A DNA stretch of 40,000 nucleotides from a bacterium (GCA_030429145.1 JAUIDC010000001.1:427204-467203), one strand, 5' to 3'. Counted from the stretch's first letter, positions 1 to 11,244 are shown. Made by a program: numbers and translations. Notes: generated by a model not told the origin, from the letters alone.

Positions 1-162
1 CACGATATTATAGATGCAATCAAAAAGGAATTTGCTGAAAAGGCTATCTCAGAGGATCAAAAAAAGGCATTTGAAGGAGAGGCTGATGACATGACAAAAG
101 AGTTTGTAGCGAAGATAGATACAGCTGTGAAAGCAAAATCGGAAGATATTATGAAAGTATAG
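1..162 (+). CDS. frr: ribosome recycling factor, C-terminal 53 aa (5' end cut by window edge)
   Basis: Frame 1 is open from base 1 to TAG 160-162. The translation HDIIDAIKKEFAEKAISEDQKKAFEGEADDMTKEFVAKIDTAVKAKSEDIMKV fits the conserved RRF C-terminal helix pattern (ISEDxx...TdkyixkiD...KekEimev). Confidence 0.65.
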   Translation, partial: HDIIDAIKKEFAEKAISEDQKKAFEGEADDMTKEFVAKIDTAVKAKSEDIMKV

Positions 163-193
163 TCCGCTATTCGTTACTCGGAGAGAAAAAAGG

Positions 194-226
194 AAAGAGT
201 TTGCGCCTCGCAAAACTCTTTTTTTA
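194..226 (+). terminator. rho-independent terminator after frr
   Basis: Stem AGAGTTTGCG (196-205), loop CCT, stem CGCAAAACTCT (209-219, one bulged A), followed by a T7 run. Confidence 0.6.
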
Positions 227-238
227 GTTTTTTGTTAT

Positions 239-266
239 TTGCATTTTTTTTCTAAACAGATACAAT
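239..266 (+). promoter_or_regulatory. candidate sigma70-type promoter of the giant ORF
   Basis: TTGCAT (239-244), 16-nt spacer, TACAAT (261-266). It lies about 40 nt upstream of ATG 306, which is preceded by GAGGGAG. Confidence 0.35.
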
Positions 267-305
267 AATAGGGATTATGTTTTTTACACATTCTGAGGGA
301 GAAAT

Positions 306-3300
306 ATGGCAAATAAACGCCCTGATGAAGAGCAAAATGAACAGGAAAAAAAACAGGAGCAGGAAAAGAAAAAGTCGCATGCGGAGCTCTTGCAAAAGTG
401 AATAGCAGAGCGCGTGACAGAATTTTTGTCTACTCAGGAATGAAAAAATGCCCTTGCCAAGGGGAAGGACTCTTTCGTTGAAGCTTTCTTACAGACGCGG
501 GAAAAGGCAGATGAAAATATGCTCACCTCTTATAAGGAGTTGATAGGAAAGAAGGCGGATGAAGAGTTGACTCTAGATGATTTGAAAGATGTTCGTATCA
601 ATTATGAACAGACACTGGATAGTTATATAACTACTGCAGAGAGTTCTCATATTGCTGAGTTGCAGGAGAAGAGCGTTGCTCATGCATTTATGCAGAAGAT
701 GAGTGACGAGATTGCCTCGAAGCACTTCTCGCAGGAACATCGTGATGCATGGCAACAATACGTACTTTCTCATGAAAAACAGATAGACGATCGCTCGGAT
801 CTTGAACGCCTCTTGAAGAAATTTTTTGAACAGACGGGAGTGGTTATCTCTGCTGAGCAAAAGAAGCGCCTGCAGAAAGTGTCGATAGATTTTCGCGATG
901 TGGCTGACTACATGAAGACACAAGATGGCTTTGAAAAGGAGGCGCTCGACAAACTCAATAAGAAAGGAATTATCACTGCGAATACCGACGCTGAGAGTAT
1001 GGTAAAGTCTTTCCTTCGTACATATGTAAAAACGGAAGTTGCCCCTGCCTACCAGCGTCAACAGGAGAAACTGTACAATATACAGTCGATCTACAAGGTG
1101 CCATGATTTCAAAAGGTACTACAAGAGTACGACCTTTCTGTTGATAATCTTCGTGCGCACGATAAGGCATTTAATATCGTCTATGCAAATGAGACGAAGA
1201 GTAATGAGGAGAAGCTCATTGCACAGCAGAAGGCTATCGTTTCTTTGGTGGGCAAGAAGGATCCTACATTAGCTTCACTTATGGAGAAGCTTTTTCATAG
1301 CAATTATAATCTTGCAAAACTTGATGCAAAACAGCAGCAAGAGTATATAGACCGTTTCCATCATATGTGGACGAATAGCTCTGAGATGAAGGTGTTTGAT
1401 GAGCTACTTGAACAGTTTGGTAGTTCGGCGCAAGAGCGTCAGGAGCTTATGAAGCAGGCGTTCGATCTTTCACAAAAAGAGCTTCGCATCAAAGATAAAC
1501 AAGGAGTAGATCGCGTTATTTCACTTGATAAAAAGATCGTTGATCGCAATCGAAGTGCGGAAAACATGTCTGAGTCTTTGGCTCATGCCGTGCCATTGGT
1601 ATTTTTGATCCAGCCGAATGAAACTCTAGAGAAAGAGTATGTACAACAACTAGCTAATGTAGACGACAAAAATTTTCAGCTCAAAGATGCGGATGGAAAA
1701 GACATCGAGTTGTTTCCTGGAAATCATGTAGAGATAACAACAAAGGACGGGAAGAAACACACAGGATATATCTACAAGGACCCTGAAGGAAATGTCTTTC
1801 TGAGTGAACAGCCTTGAAGCGATAAGAAGATAGAAATTTCACAAAAAGAGCTTCAGGAGTCAAAAAGTCGTCTCTTGGACGAAACCTACGTACTTGAGCC
1901 AGAAGCGCTGCCTGCACTTATGACCCACATGGCCCTGTTGAAAGAAGTGAATGCTCGTGACGAACAGGAAAATCGCGATGCCATAGACGAAAGAAATCAT
2001 GACATAGCTCAAAATGCCCTACATAAGGACTTTGATAAGGAGGAGTCTCTGGCTTCTCATGAGAGTCCGACCGACGAACAAATAGAAAATACCAACTGGG
2101 ACAATGAAGAGGCTGTTGATGGCATCAGTGATGAACAGAAAAAAGAACGAATAGCTTATACAGATGCTCGCCTTAAAGAGAACAATAAAAAGATTGAGAA
2201 ACTTGATAAACAGATCAGAGAACAAGATAACATCATCAAGGATTTGCAAAAAGAACTCAAGGTTGCACACGCGAAAAAGCCTCTTGATGAGGAACAAGTG
2301 CAACGCCTTGAGCATAATTTACATGAGGCTGAAAAGAAAAGAGATAGTCTCATAGATGACAAGTACGTTCTTTCGGCAAAAAATGACAGCCTAGAAAAAG
2401 CAAACAAGAAGCTGCGTGAGCAGAAAAAAGAAAAAACTGATGATAAACAGGAAGAGGCTGCCAGAGAACAATCTGAGGGGAAAAACTTTCATGAAATCTG
2501 GTCTGAGCTTCTCGGAGACAAGACGATAGATGAGCCGATCCCTGGCAAGACGACTTTTATGGCTCTGCTTCCTGATGCTACCTCTTCTCGCAGTGGTGGC
2601 GGTGGCGTTTGGGTCAGAGGTGAAATCATAGGGTACGACAAAGACACTCATACGATCCAGGTAAAATGGCACGGAACAGAAGGAAAACTTTCAAGCAAAG
2701 AAACAGGAGAGAACCTAGAATGAGCGGTTTCTACCGTGCATGGTGCGGAAGGGCTGAGTGCTCTCAAACGTGCCATGGGAAAGGTCTACAAATTCAAAAA
2801 ATATTCAACGATTACACAGTGGGGACTCGATCTTAAAGGTGGAGTAACTACTGCGGACGATGATACCACGACGACTGGAACTCACTTCCATTTTGATAAG
2901 AAATATGAGGGATGGCGAAATCATCTTAAGGAGGATATCAATTTTTCAAGTATGAAAAACCAACAGACAGGAAAAGATATTAGATATTTTGGTAAAAAAA
3001 TTGGAGATACGAGAGCGTGGTATGAGATAGATTTGAAGGGCGACGCGGTGAGCGTAAGAGAGATCCAGATAGAAGATGAGAAGAATGATGATGATCAGAT
3101 TGTCAAAAGAACAAAGAAGATTATGTACGAGCAGACCATGCCTGTCAATGATTTTATGATGTTTGCTATGGAGAAAGACCTCAGAGGGTATACGCAAGAG
3201 GATGTCGATAAGGCGAATGGTGCGGATGAGGATAAGAGCAAGGCGTGAAAAGATTATATTGATGATGTTGTTGAAGAGGTTGCTCAACCAGCGAGTAAGT

Positions 3301-5201
3301 TTGGAGGTGGTTTGTTTGGTTTGAAGCGAGGTAGTATAGCTGGTGTTATGTCTTCATGGGATGTGGTGAAGAAAGGGATGAAGAACTACTTTGATGAGAA
3401 AGGGAAAAAGGAGAAATCAAAGGTTGAAAATGCGATGCTTAACTCATCGTGGTTTAAGTGATTGGAGAAGATGCCGATCTTAGGAAAGGGATTTGAGGAC
3501 ATTAGATGAGGTATAGAAAGCAAACTCGATAGTGAAAAGAAAAAAAGGATCAATGAGTATAAGGATGAGGTTGGAACGAAGAAAGACTCAAGTTCGTCAG
3601 GCGCGAGTAATTTTATCAAGAACATGCTTGAGGATGGAAAGACTGCTCGCAAGGAGCCTGAGAAGGCTGCAGGCTACTATTTGCACGCACTTGAGCAAGG
3701 AAATCCATACTTTAGAACACTGAAGGAGTTCGAAGGAACTGGTTGGTGGATAAAACAAATTCTTGGTGACGACTATCAGAAACAGTACTTAGCATACATC
3801 AAAACGGTTGAAGAGGATCTGAAGAAAAATCCAGATAGTAAGGAGCTTCAAAATGACTTTTCGATGGGAGAGCTCTGATTTATGCAGAAGGTGTTCAACA
3901 CAGGCTCAAAAAAGATGAAGACGCATTTGACGGATATGCTTGGTAACTGGTTCTTTACTGGTGGACTATGACAGGCGCAGTATGGTATGCGATATAACTC
4001 TTCTAAGATAGAAGAGGTAGTGAAAAATGAATGAGCGAAGCCGTTCCATCAGCTCATGAAAGACTCACGAACGGGTCATTATGAGGCCTTTAGAGTCAAT
4101 GACTATATGGGTATCTTGAAACTTCTTTCAGAGAAGGTAGGTAGCAATGAGGACTACTATTATCAGTGGGCGGGCTCTATGCTCCTGCCATTGCTCAATG
4201 GCCAATATAGAAGCGATATGAGTGCTTCATATAAGTCCATCTATCAGCAGCTTGCTAGACAAAACGCCTTCCCATTTGCTGCATATATTACAGAAGGAAA
4301 TGCGACAGAAAAGATAACAGACCTTATCGATATCTTTGCTGGTGGTTCGCTCTCGTCAGCCATGAAAGATGCCAAGAAGCCGATAGATCGTACGAAGGCA
4401 TTTAAGAAATGGCGAGAGAATCCAAATGGACAAGCTCGCTCTGTTCTTGATGCGCTCCAAAATCCAAAGGAGCTCTTTGCGATGAAAGAGAAGCTGAAGA
4501 AAGAGTCAGCAGACCAAGAGAAACTCAATCAGTACAACATCCTTTCAGACTATATCAACAATAAGTTTAATGATGATGATCGTAGTGGTATCACTGAGCA
4601 GGTAGACGGAGAGTCTATCATCTACCAGAAGAATATCTTCTCTGCACCGACGGGTTTTGTGAAGGAGCAGATGTTGAACTTTAGTAACGGACAGTTTAGG
4701 GGAAGGTCTGAGAAAAATGGACCAGAACTTTGGTCTGCGCTTAAAACAAAGCTTAATGAGATCAATAGTTTGCCGGAAGATCAGATGACACCGGACTTCT
4801 TTGAGTTTATACTCAAGAGGTATTTTGCCATGTTTAGTCAAAAATACAATGGTACGGCAAAGAGAACATTCATCGGTACTTTAAAATACCCAGATCTACC
4901 AGGAATATTCCAGCTTAACGTGAGAGGTGTCTTTGATAAAAAATGGTGAGGCGTAGACCTTCCGAGTGAGGTGGAAGATTCGTTAGTGATATTTGAGCAG
5001 ATCTTCAAAAAGTTTTCGGGACTGATAAAACAGCATCCTGAAATGCTTGGTGACGTCTTTGATGATGCCAGAATGGTTGATTATTATAAAGAACTTACTC
5101 CTCAAGAGATGGCTAAAAAAGCAGACAATATGAAAACGCTACAAAATAAAGTGAAGGAAGCGAGTGAGCTCTATGGCGATGAAGGTAGTCGGTACGAATA
5201 A
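306..5201 (+). CDS. giant orphan protein, 1631 aa, K/E/D-rich with coiled-coil-like stretches, no recognisable domain
   Basis: One continuous frame runs from ATG 306 to TAA 5199-5201. It joins track ORFs 519, 1245, 1875, 2736, 3624, 4056 and 4971 (all offsets are multiples of 3) through 12 in-frame TGA. There is no signal peptide or TM segment. A heptad-like K/E-rich stretch lies around 2150-2450 (KKIEKLDKQIREQDNIIKDLQKELKVAHAKK...). Confidence 0.75.
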
Positions 5202-5346
5202 CAATCTATAAATATCATATATTTTCTGTCACAAAAGGGGGCATTATTCGTATATCCGAGTGTGAAAAGGTAACTGATATTGCTGACAAATAGGAGAAAA
5301 GGTAGATAAATAAGCCATTTATGACCTCTTTTTGTGTATTGATTTG

Positions 5347-6621
5347 ATGAAACTTCGTGATTATTTTATCTCACAGAAAAAGCTTTCTATAGAGCCGGAG
5401 CGTAAGGTTTCGATCTATGAGAGCGTCATGCAGAAAACTCACGCTCCCGTGAGTATTTTTGCGAGGATGAGTTTTTATACGAAGGTTTCTCTCTATACAT
5501 TTGTTGGTTTGGTGTTCTTGGCATCACTCTATATCCCATATTTTTCTTCACTTGTTCGTCAGTCAGACGGAGTGATCACAACGACTCCTGGAGGTGTCGG
5601 AGTACAGGCAGACTATATAGCACAGATTATCGAAACGAAGGGAGACATAGATATCTACAATGAGGGACAAAAGGTGGAAAGTAAGCTCTTCCGCGCAGGA
5701 GATAGGATTGTTCTTTCCGAAGGGACAGAGATCGTCTTTCATATAACGACCATCGCACAGGCGAAAGTGATTGGACCTGCAGAGTTTCACATCGAGAAAA
5801 ATGACGCTGGTTATACTATTCAGCTCGTGAGAGGACAATATGTGGAACTACAATCATTGAAAGATCAGCAGCAAGCTGAGCAGCAAAAGAAAGAGTCTGT
5901 CGCTTTACGCTCTTCACGTGTTTCTATAAAGGCAAAAGAGGGAGAAAATATACACTTTACCTATACGGAGGACGGAGAAAAAGCTATTATTGATAATCAG
6001 TGAGATGGCTCGCTCGTAGTAGCAAAGGCTGATGATGAAACGACTCAGGAGGAGTTGGCACAACACTCTACTGCGGAGCTTGGTACAGGAACAGACATTT
6101 TCGTGCAAACAGGAACAAGGATGACTCCATCTCAGGTTGCAAATGTGCTACGTAATGCCCCACAGGAACCAGAAGATACAAAGATTTTGATTTCAGGCGA
6201 TCAGCACAATACTATCAAGGCTATCTTATCTGCAGAGTTTCTTGCAGCAGATGTCCAGAATGTGACAGAGGCGTATCTAAAGGGAGATGATCGTGCTTAT
6301 GAGGTTGCATATCTTAACCTCTACAATAAGGTGAATCAAATCTATAACCTTATGGGTATAACGGTGCCAAACAAGATTTCAGATGCTCGCTATACGCACT
6401 CGCTCAGTGTTGTTATCAGTATGATAGAGCATCTCTTGCAGCAGATGGACCAACACTTTTACGTGGCTCAGTCGCACCAGGCAAGATTGAAGAAACTCCT
6501 TGGATGGCTCTATGCTCTTCGCGAAGAAAACTATAGTAGTCAAGCTGGCTCAACATTGACAGGATCAGCTCTTGTCGGCACGCTCAATTTAGACGACTAT
6601 AAGGATCTTTTGGGCAATTAG
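5347..6621 (+). CDS. single-pass membrane protein with FecR-like beta domain (424 aa)
   Basis: ATG 5347 to TAG 6619-6621 joins ORFs 5332 and 6055 through TGA 6001-6003. An N-terminal TM segment (VSLYTFVGLVFLASLYIPYF) is followed by GDIDIYNEGQKVESKLFRAGDRIVLSEGTEIVFHITTIAQAKVIGPAEFHI, which resembles the FecR (PF04773) pattern G-v-v...L..GD.i.t..g.a.l.l...l.l.p.s.l. Confidence 0.5.
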
Positions 6622-6654
6622 TTTCGTAAAATAAAAAGAATAAAAGAGGAAAGG

Positions 6655-6682
6655 AGGATGTCTGTTATGGACATTCTTTTTT
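6655..6682 (+). terminator. rho-independent terminator ending the giant-ORF/FecR-like unit
   Basis: Stem GGATGTC (6656-6662), loop TGTTATG, stem GACATTC (6670-6676), then a T6 run. Confidence 0.5.
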
Positions 6683-6762
6683 GTATATGTCAATTATTTT
6701 ATATAAAAATATGAAAACTGTGTGCCCATTAGACTTTCTTTTACAGAGAGGCGGGGGCTTTT

Positions 6763-6791
6763 TTGACAAAGCTGAAACGCAGAGATACAAT
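6763..6791 (+). promoter_or_regulatory. near-consensus promoter of the sortase / LytM-like unit
   Basis: TTGACA (6763-6768), 17-nt spacer, TACAAT (6786-6791), about 70 nt upstream of ATG 6862. Confidence 0.5.
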
Positions 6792-6861
6792 AGGTTAAGA
6801 GTAAAAAGTAGCTCTTCTCAAAAACCTAAAAACAATTTATTAAACCTAAACAGAAAAAGCT

Positions 6862-7752
6862 ATGCAGTATATCACGCTGGAGCACATCGACCAGTATATC
6901 GCAGACAAAATAAAACAAAAAAAATATCTTTTCCGAAATATCTGTAAAGAGGTATTTCAGTTTGGAGCGGTATTTTTGTCTGTTTTCTTGCTTAGTACGA
7001 TCATCGTCAATGCAAACCTTTTCTATCATACGGTAAAAAATATCTTTACGCCAGTAAGTGCAGATAATACACCAGTTATCTCTGCTACTCTTTCACAAAG
7101 TGGTGATGAGAAGAGAGAGGCGCTTGCAGAGCAATCTCGCAATATCGAAGAGAAGGTACAACAGTCTGTGAGATCACAACCAGTGTTGCCTGACCATAGA
7201 GAGACGATGAGTTACTATCTCTCTGCTAAGGCGAAAACGTATGCGTTTGAGTACAATACGCTGCCGCCGGAAAACAGATTGATCATCCCTGCTATCGGTG
7301 TAAACGCGCCTATCGTGGATGTTTCGGCGGCGACTGAAGAGAAACTAAGAAAAGGAGATTTTGACCAGGAGCTCTACAGCGGAGTGGTAAAATATCCATC
7401 TACTCCAGAGCCAGGAAGCACAGGAAATGCTCTTATCTTTGGACATACAAGTTACTACCGATGGAAGAATAATCCATTTGCTGAGATCTTTTCAAAGCTT
7501 ACTGCCTTGAAAGAAGGAGATCTTATCCAGACGCTTTGGCATGGGCAACTTGCTGAGTTTGAAGTGGTAGCAAAGATCGTTGTTAATCCAGGTCAGGTAG
7601 ATGATGCCTATATGAAATATACAGACGGTAAATATATTACACTGATGGGATGTTACCCTATCGGATCAGATGCGAGAAGAATACTTATTGTCGCAAAAAA
7701 GAAAGAAACAACTTCACTCTCTACAACTAATTTATCTCTTGCTCAGAAATAG
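6862..7752 (+). CDS. sortase-family transpeptidase (296 aa, N-terminal membrane anchor)
   Basis: TM segment FGAVFLSVFLLSTIIVNANLF. Sortase hallmarks appear in the expected order: LIIPAIGVNAPIV, catalytic His in LIFGHTSY, Cys in TLMGCYP, and Arg in DARRILIVA. The gene contains no in-frame TGA. Confidence 0.7.
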   Translation: MQYITLEHIDQYIADKIKQKKYLFRNICKEVFQFGAVFLSVFLLSTIIVNANLFYHTVKNIFTPVSADNTPVISATLSQSGDEKREALAEQSRNIEEKVQQSVRSQPVLPDHRETMSYYLSAKAKTYAFEYNTLPPENRLIIPAIGVNAPIVDVSAATEEKLRKGDFDQELYSGVVKYPSTPEPGSTGNALIFGHTSYYRWKNNPFAEIFSKLTALKEGDLIQTLWHGQLAEFEVVAKIVVNPGQVDDAYMKYTDGKYITLMGCYPIGSDARRILIVAKKKETTSLSTTNLSLAQK

Positions 7753-7758
7753 GTAACG

Positions 7759-9675
7759 ATGAAAAAGATACTAACATGCATGAGTTTGCTATGTGTGAGT
7801 GCTGTGGCATTGCTTCAGCCATCATTGGCGGATAATGACTCTTTGGAGAGACGCATCCAAGAGACTCTTTCTCGTTATGAGCAGATCAGATGAGTGGAAA
7901 CCTATGTTGATGATAGTGATATGGCTGGTTTTGACACAAAACAGGCCATCAGAAAGATAAATGAGCTAGGTGGTGATGTTTCAGGGATTATTGCAGAGAT
8001 AGAATCTGTACAGCAAGAAAAGAAAGAGAATGAGGGGAAGTATCAAGCGATGCTCAGACAGGTAAAAAAAGTGATTATTGATATCAATGAGACAAAGAAA
8101 ACTGTTGGAGATGCAGTCATGAAGATGAATGTGTACAATAAAGAAATTGCAGAGACGCTTCGTAGTCTACAGGCTACTAGATCGTATATCATTGCTTCAA
8201 AGGAGTCGCTCAGTCAACTTGTGCAGCTTCTCTACCTCGTACAAAACGACTACTATATGGGAGGAGGAGAACAGATAGATGATATCAAACTTTTGCTTAA
8301 ATCAGACAACATTAGTGAGACGCTTTCAACTGATGAGATCATGAACTCATTGATTACGCAGTTCGATACGCTTGTAGAAGATCTAACTGATCATCAGGAG
8401 ACATACACAAAGAACTATCATGCGCTTATGGATTTAAGAGCTGACTATAAAAATACGGTGCTCGCTTATGAGGATAAGATCATGACGCTTGAGGAACAAA
8501 AGGCATATCTCATGGACTTCTTGAGATTGTATAAGTCAAACAAAGCGGTACTGGACGCTCAGATGAATGATCTTTTCCAAACAAGATCGCAACTCAAAGA
8601 GAAGATTTCTACTGTTGTTCGCTCTATCCGTGACCACTCACACAATCAGGCCTTTCTCAACTCAGAGAACTATCAAACATTTAGCAAGCAATCAGACATT
8701 AGAGAGGAAAGAAGAAACTTCTTCCTTTGGCCCGTGCTGCCAGTCTCTCGTATAAAGAGCTACTTTGCAACAGGGACAACAGCAGATGAATTTGCTGGTA
8801 TTACCATAGAAGCAAAGCAGTTTGATCCAATCTACGCGCCAGCTGATGCTATTGTCTACAAGGTGGCAGACCAAGATGGTATCGCTGTAAATCGGTTGAT
8901 GTTGGCACACCGCGAAGGATATGTTACCGTGTTTACCAATATCAATAAAGCTCTTGTGAAAGAGGGTGATATCATCAAGCGTGGGCAAATCATTGGGCTC
9001 GTTGGTGGACAGGAAGGAACAAGAGGTGCAGGATTTGAGGCGAAATGAGAAGCTCTCTATATGCAGCTTTATGAAAATGGTATCCCTATTGACCCACTCA
9101 CAGAGTTCGACCTTAGTGTTATGAACAAAGATGTACTTTCGTCGACATATCGAGCAAAATATGAGTTTGATCTCTCAGAAAGAGACAAGCCTATTAAGAT
9201 CTCAGATGTACCATTCATTACAGAAGGGAAAACTGCTCGTGATAGGTCAAAAGCATTCTTAGAGAAATATGCAGCAGGACCATATGCTGACATTGCTCTT
9301 TGGGAGCAGGCAGCAAAGGATACATACGTAGATCTCGATATGGGTATCTGTATCGGTCTGGCAGAAACATCGCTAGGAAGATACTTTGCCTCTTCGAATA
9401 ATATTGGTAACGTCGGAAATAACGACCGTGGTGATAGAGTTGATAAAGACTCTCCACTCGCTGGAGCAAAAGCTATCTACCAGACACTCAATAACTCATT
9501 CCTCGGAGGATACCACACTATCTATGAACTCTCTGGGTATGGGAATAAAGAAGGAGCTATCTATGCATCTTCTCCATATAACTGGCAGAAAAATGTGAGT
9601 AGGTGTCTATCAAGCATTAAGTGATACATCGTCCCAGAGGACTACCCATTTAGACTCCACAAAGAGAATAAATAG
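7759..9675 (+). CDS. secreted coiled-coil protein with a degenerate LytM (M23) domain and a C-terminal glucosaminidase(GH73)-like region (638 aa)
   Basis: ATG 7759 to TAG 9673-9675, read through TGA at 7891, 9046 and 9622. Signal peptide MKKILTCMSLLCVSAVALLQPSLA, then a long coiled-coil-like region. The LytM fold pattern is present (PIYAPADAIVYKV...GYVTVFTNINKALVKEGDIIKRGQIIGLVGG...IPIDPL), but the metal ligands are replaced: HxxxD becomes FAGITIE and HLHFE becomes ALYMQLYE. The C-terminal GLAETSLGRYFASSNNIGNVG resembles the glucosaminidase motif A.LESGWG...S..NN.FGIK. Confidence 0.6.
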
Positions 9676-9701
9676 ACCTTATATACAAAAGGAAATAAAG
9701 A

Positions 9702-9730
9702 AAAGTCGACCGTTTTTGGCCGGCTTTCCT
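9702..9730 (+). terminator. probable terminator after the LytM-like gene
   Basis: Imperfect stem AAAGTCGACCG / TGGCCGGCTTT around a TTTT loop, followed by a T-rich tail. Confidence 0.35.
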
Positions 9731-9792
9731 TGTAATAAAGAGAAACGTGGTTATAGTAGAAAGTAGTTTTATTTGTTAAATAATATATTGCC

Positions 9793-10185
9793 ATGCAACA
9801 ACCATTTCACGGTAATATGGAGCAATTGACGCTCGAGAACACTTTTTTTAGAAAGGTATTGTATACTGGGCCTCACTCTCAGCTTGTGGTAATGTGTTTG
9901 CAGCCAAATGAAGAGATTGGTATGGAAGTACACGACAAGGAAGATCAGTTTATCAGAGTAGAGAAAGGGACAGCAAAGGCTATTCTCGCTGGGCAAGAGT
10001 ATGAGCTTGGTGCGGATATGGCGATCATCGTTCCTGCAGGCATGGAGCACAATGTGATCAACACGTCGGGAACTGATACTCTTCAGCTCTATACGATCTA
10101 CTCTCCAGCGCATCATCCGGAGAACACGATCCACAAGACAAAAGCTGAAGCTGACGCAGCAGAGGCTGAAGAACATGGTCACTAA
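9793..10185 (+). CDS. cupin-domain protein (130 aa)
   Basis: Intact ORF with the Cupin_2-like two-motif pattern: GMEVHDKEDQFIRVEKGTAKAIL ... IIVPAGMEHNVINTS. Confidence 0.6.
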   Translation: MQQPFHGNMEQLTLENTFFRKVLYTGPHSQLVVMCLQPNEEIGMEVHDKEDQFIRVEKGTAKAILAGQEYELGADMAIIVPAGMEHNVINTSGTDTLQLYTIYSPAHHPENTIHKTKAEADAAEAEEHGH

Positions 10186-10198
10186 AAAATGACCAAAA

Positions 10199-10230
10199 AG
10201 AAAAGCGGCTCCAATCGGGTCGCTTTTTTG
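10199..10230. terminator. bidirectional terminator between convergent cupin and SemiSWEET genes
   Basis: AAAAGCG (10201-10207) pairs with CGCTTTT (10221-10227), flanked by an A-run on the left and a T-run on the right. Confidence 0.5.
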
Positions 10231-10235
10231 CATTG

Positions 10236-10496
10236 TTAAAGAAAGTAAGTGATAATGGATGCTAATGATGCAAAGATACCGACAGCATTGCATATCATGA
10301 GCGGACGGTCTTTCCTTTGTTGAGCATAGATAGTCCAGAGAATACAGTTGAAGAATGTTGCAATAGGAAGAATGATGGATCCCTTGCTCCCTTGTAAGTT
10401 GAGCCTTGCTTGATCTAGATTAGACAAAAACATAATGATAGCCAGAACGGAACCAGTTCGCCCAATGATGCCAATTGTTTTCTTTGAGAGCTGCAT
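10236..10496 (-). CDS. SemiSWEET / MtN3-family sugar transporter (86 aa, 3 TM)
   Basis: Size and three-helix topology fit. The MtN3-like pattern is present: FLSNLDQ...LPIATFFNCILWTIYAQ...ICNAVG (P..N...W..Y ... N..G). Confidence 0.55.
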   Translation of the reverse strand: MQLSKKTIGIIGRTGSVLAIIMFLSNLDQARLNLQGSKGSIILPIATFFNCILWTIYAQQRKDRPLMICNAVGIFASLASIITYFL

Positions 10497-10533
10497 GATT
10501 ATTGTGTAACCAAGTAAATATGACTGGATGTAG

Positions 10534-11085
10534 TTATTTTTTATAGAAAAACAATCTTTCTTTTCCTTTTTTATCTGTAACTATCTTGGTCGGTTGGCGG
10601 TTTAAAAAAGGAAAGGCATTGCATATTACTACCGTTTCTGGGTCAATGCGCTCAAATAGTCGTGGCTCAACTTTTTCCATGAAATCAGGTAGTAAAAACA
10701 GGTAGACATAGTCGTATCATGTGAGATCTGCACGAAAAAGGTCATCATGTATCAGTGTTATATTCTTTTTTCATAAAATCTTATTTATAAACTTTCACCG
10801 ACGAATGGCGAAATTATTGATATCATATCCTACTGCTTTTTTACATCCATACTCCTTCTCAAATAGTCTGAGCATTGTTCCATCTCCACAGCCGAGATCA
10901 AGTATCGTAGAACCTTTATGAACAGGAAGGTTCTTGCGAAAAAGGTATCTTTGTCGAGGATAGGTGTTGAGATAGGGTGGCAGTCCCTTTTTGCTTGCCT
11001 GAAAAGAATTTCGGAGATACGATCCGAGAAAAATGATAAAAACACTAAGGACGACGATGAGAATCATCGAAATAATGGCTGACAT
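10534..11085 (-). CDS. class I SAM-dependent methyltransferase with N-terminal TM anchor (183 aa)
   Basis: ATG 11085 to TAA 10534-10536, read through three in-frame TGA below track ORF 10795-11085. Motif I is ILDLGCGDGTM; downstream come GYDIN and DYVYLFLLP. Confidence 0.6.
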
Positions 11086-11157
11086 ACGAGATGTATATTG
11101 ATTTTTCTCTCAAGTTTAATAGAATGTTCAAACAGCAAAACGAGAGTATAAAATAGC

Positions 11158-11230
11158 GCCGCAGTAGCTCAGCTGGTAGGCGATTCCCCATTGCAAGGGT
11201 GAGCTCTAAGGGTTCAATCCCCGTCAGAAT
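11158..11230 (+). pseudogene. degenerate tRNA-like copy (paralogue of the adjacent tRNA-Thr) that cannot form a cloverleaf
   Basis: It shares three segments with the tRNA at 11245: the first 22 nt (GCCGCAGTAGCTCAGCTGGTAG), AAGGGTGAG, and the T-arm GGGTTCAATCCCCGTC. However, the 3' end CAGAATA cannot pair with the 5' GCCGCAG, the D-stem 3' strand reads GGCG instead of GAGC, and the anticodon stem has a mismatch. The loop ATTGCAA would read UGC. Confidence 0.4.
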
Positions 11231-11244
11231 ATAGTAAGTAAGAT

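Noticed and set aside
573-1112. 179-aa minus-strand ORF (and similar antisense ORFs at 2019-2672, 4244-4841 and 30555-30839)
   Set aside because: These lie antisense to long K/E-rich or conserved coding frames. Such AT-rich coding regions generate long stop-free complementary frames.
9769-10293. 174-aa minus-strand ORF spanning the cupin gene and the terminator
   Set aside because: It is antisense to a well-supported cupin CDS and runs through the bidirectional terminator into the SemiSWEET gene frame. No motifs are present.
11158-11230. Possibility that the odd tRNA-like sequence is the UGA-decoding tRNA-Gly(UCA)
   Set aside because: The putative anticodon loop reads ATTGCAA (UGC or GCA), not UCA, and no acceptor stem can form.
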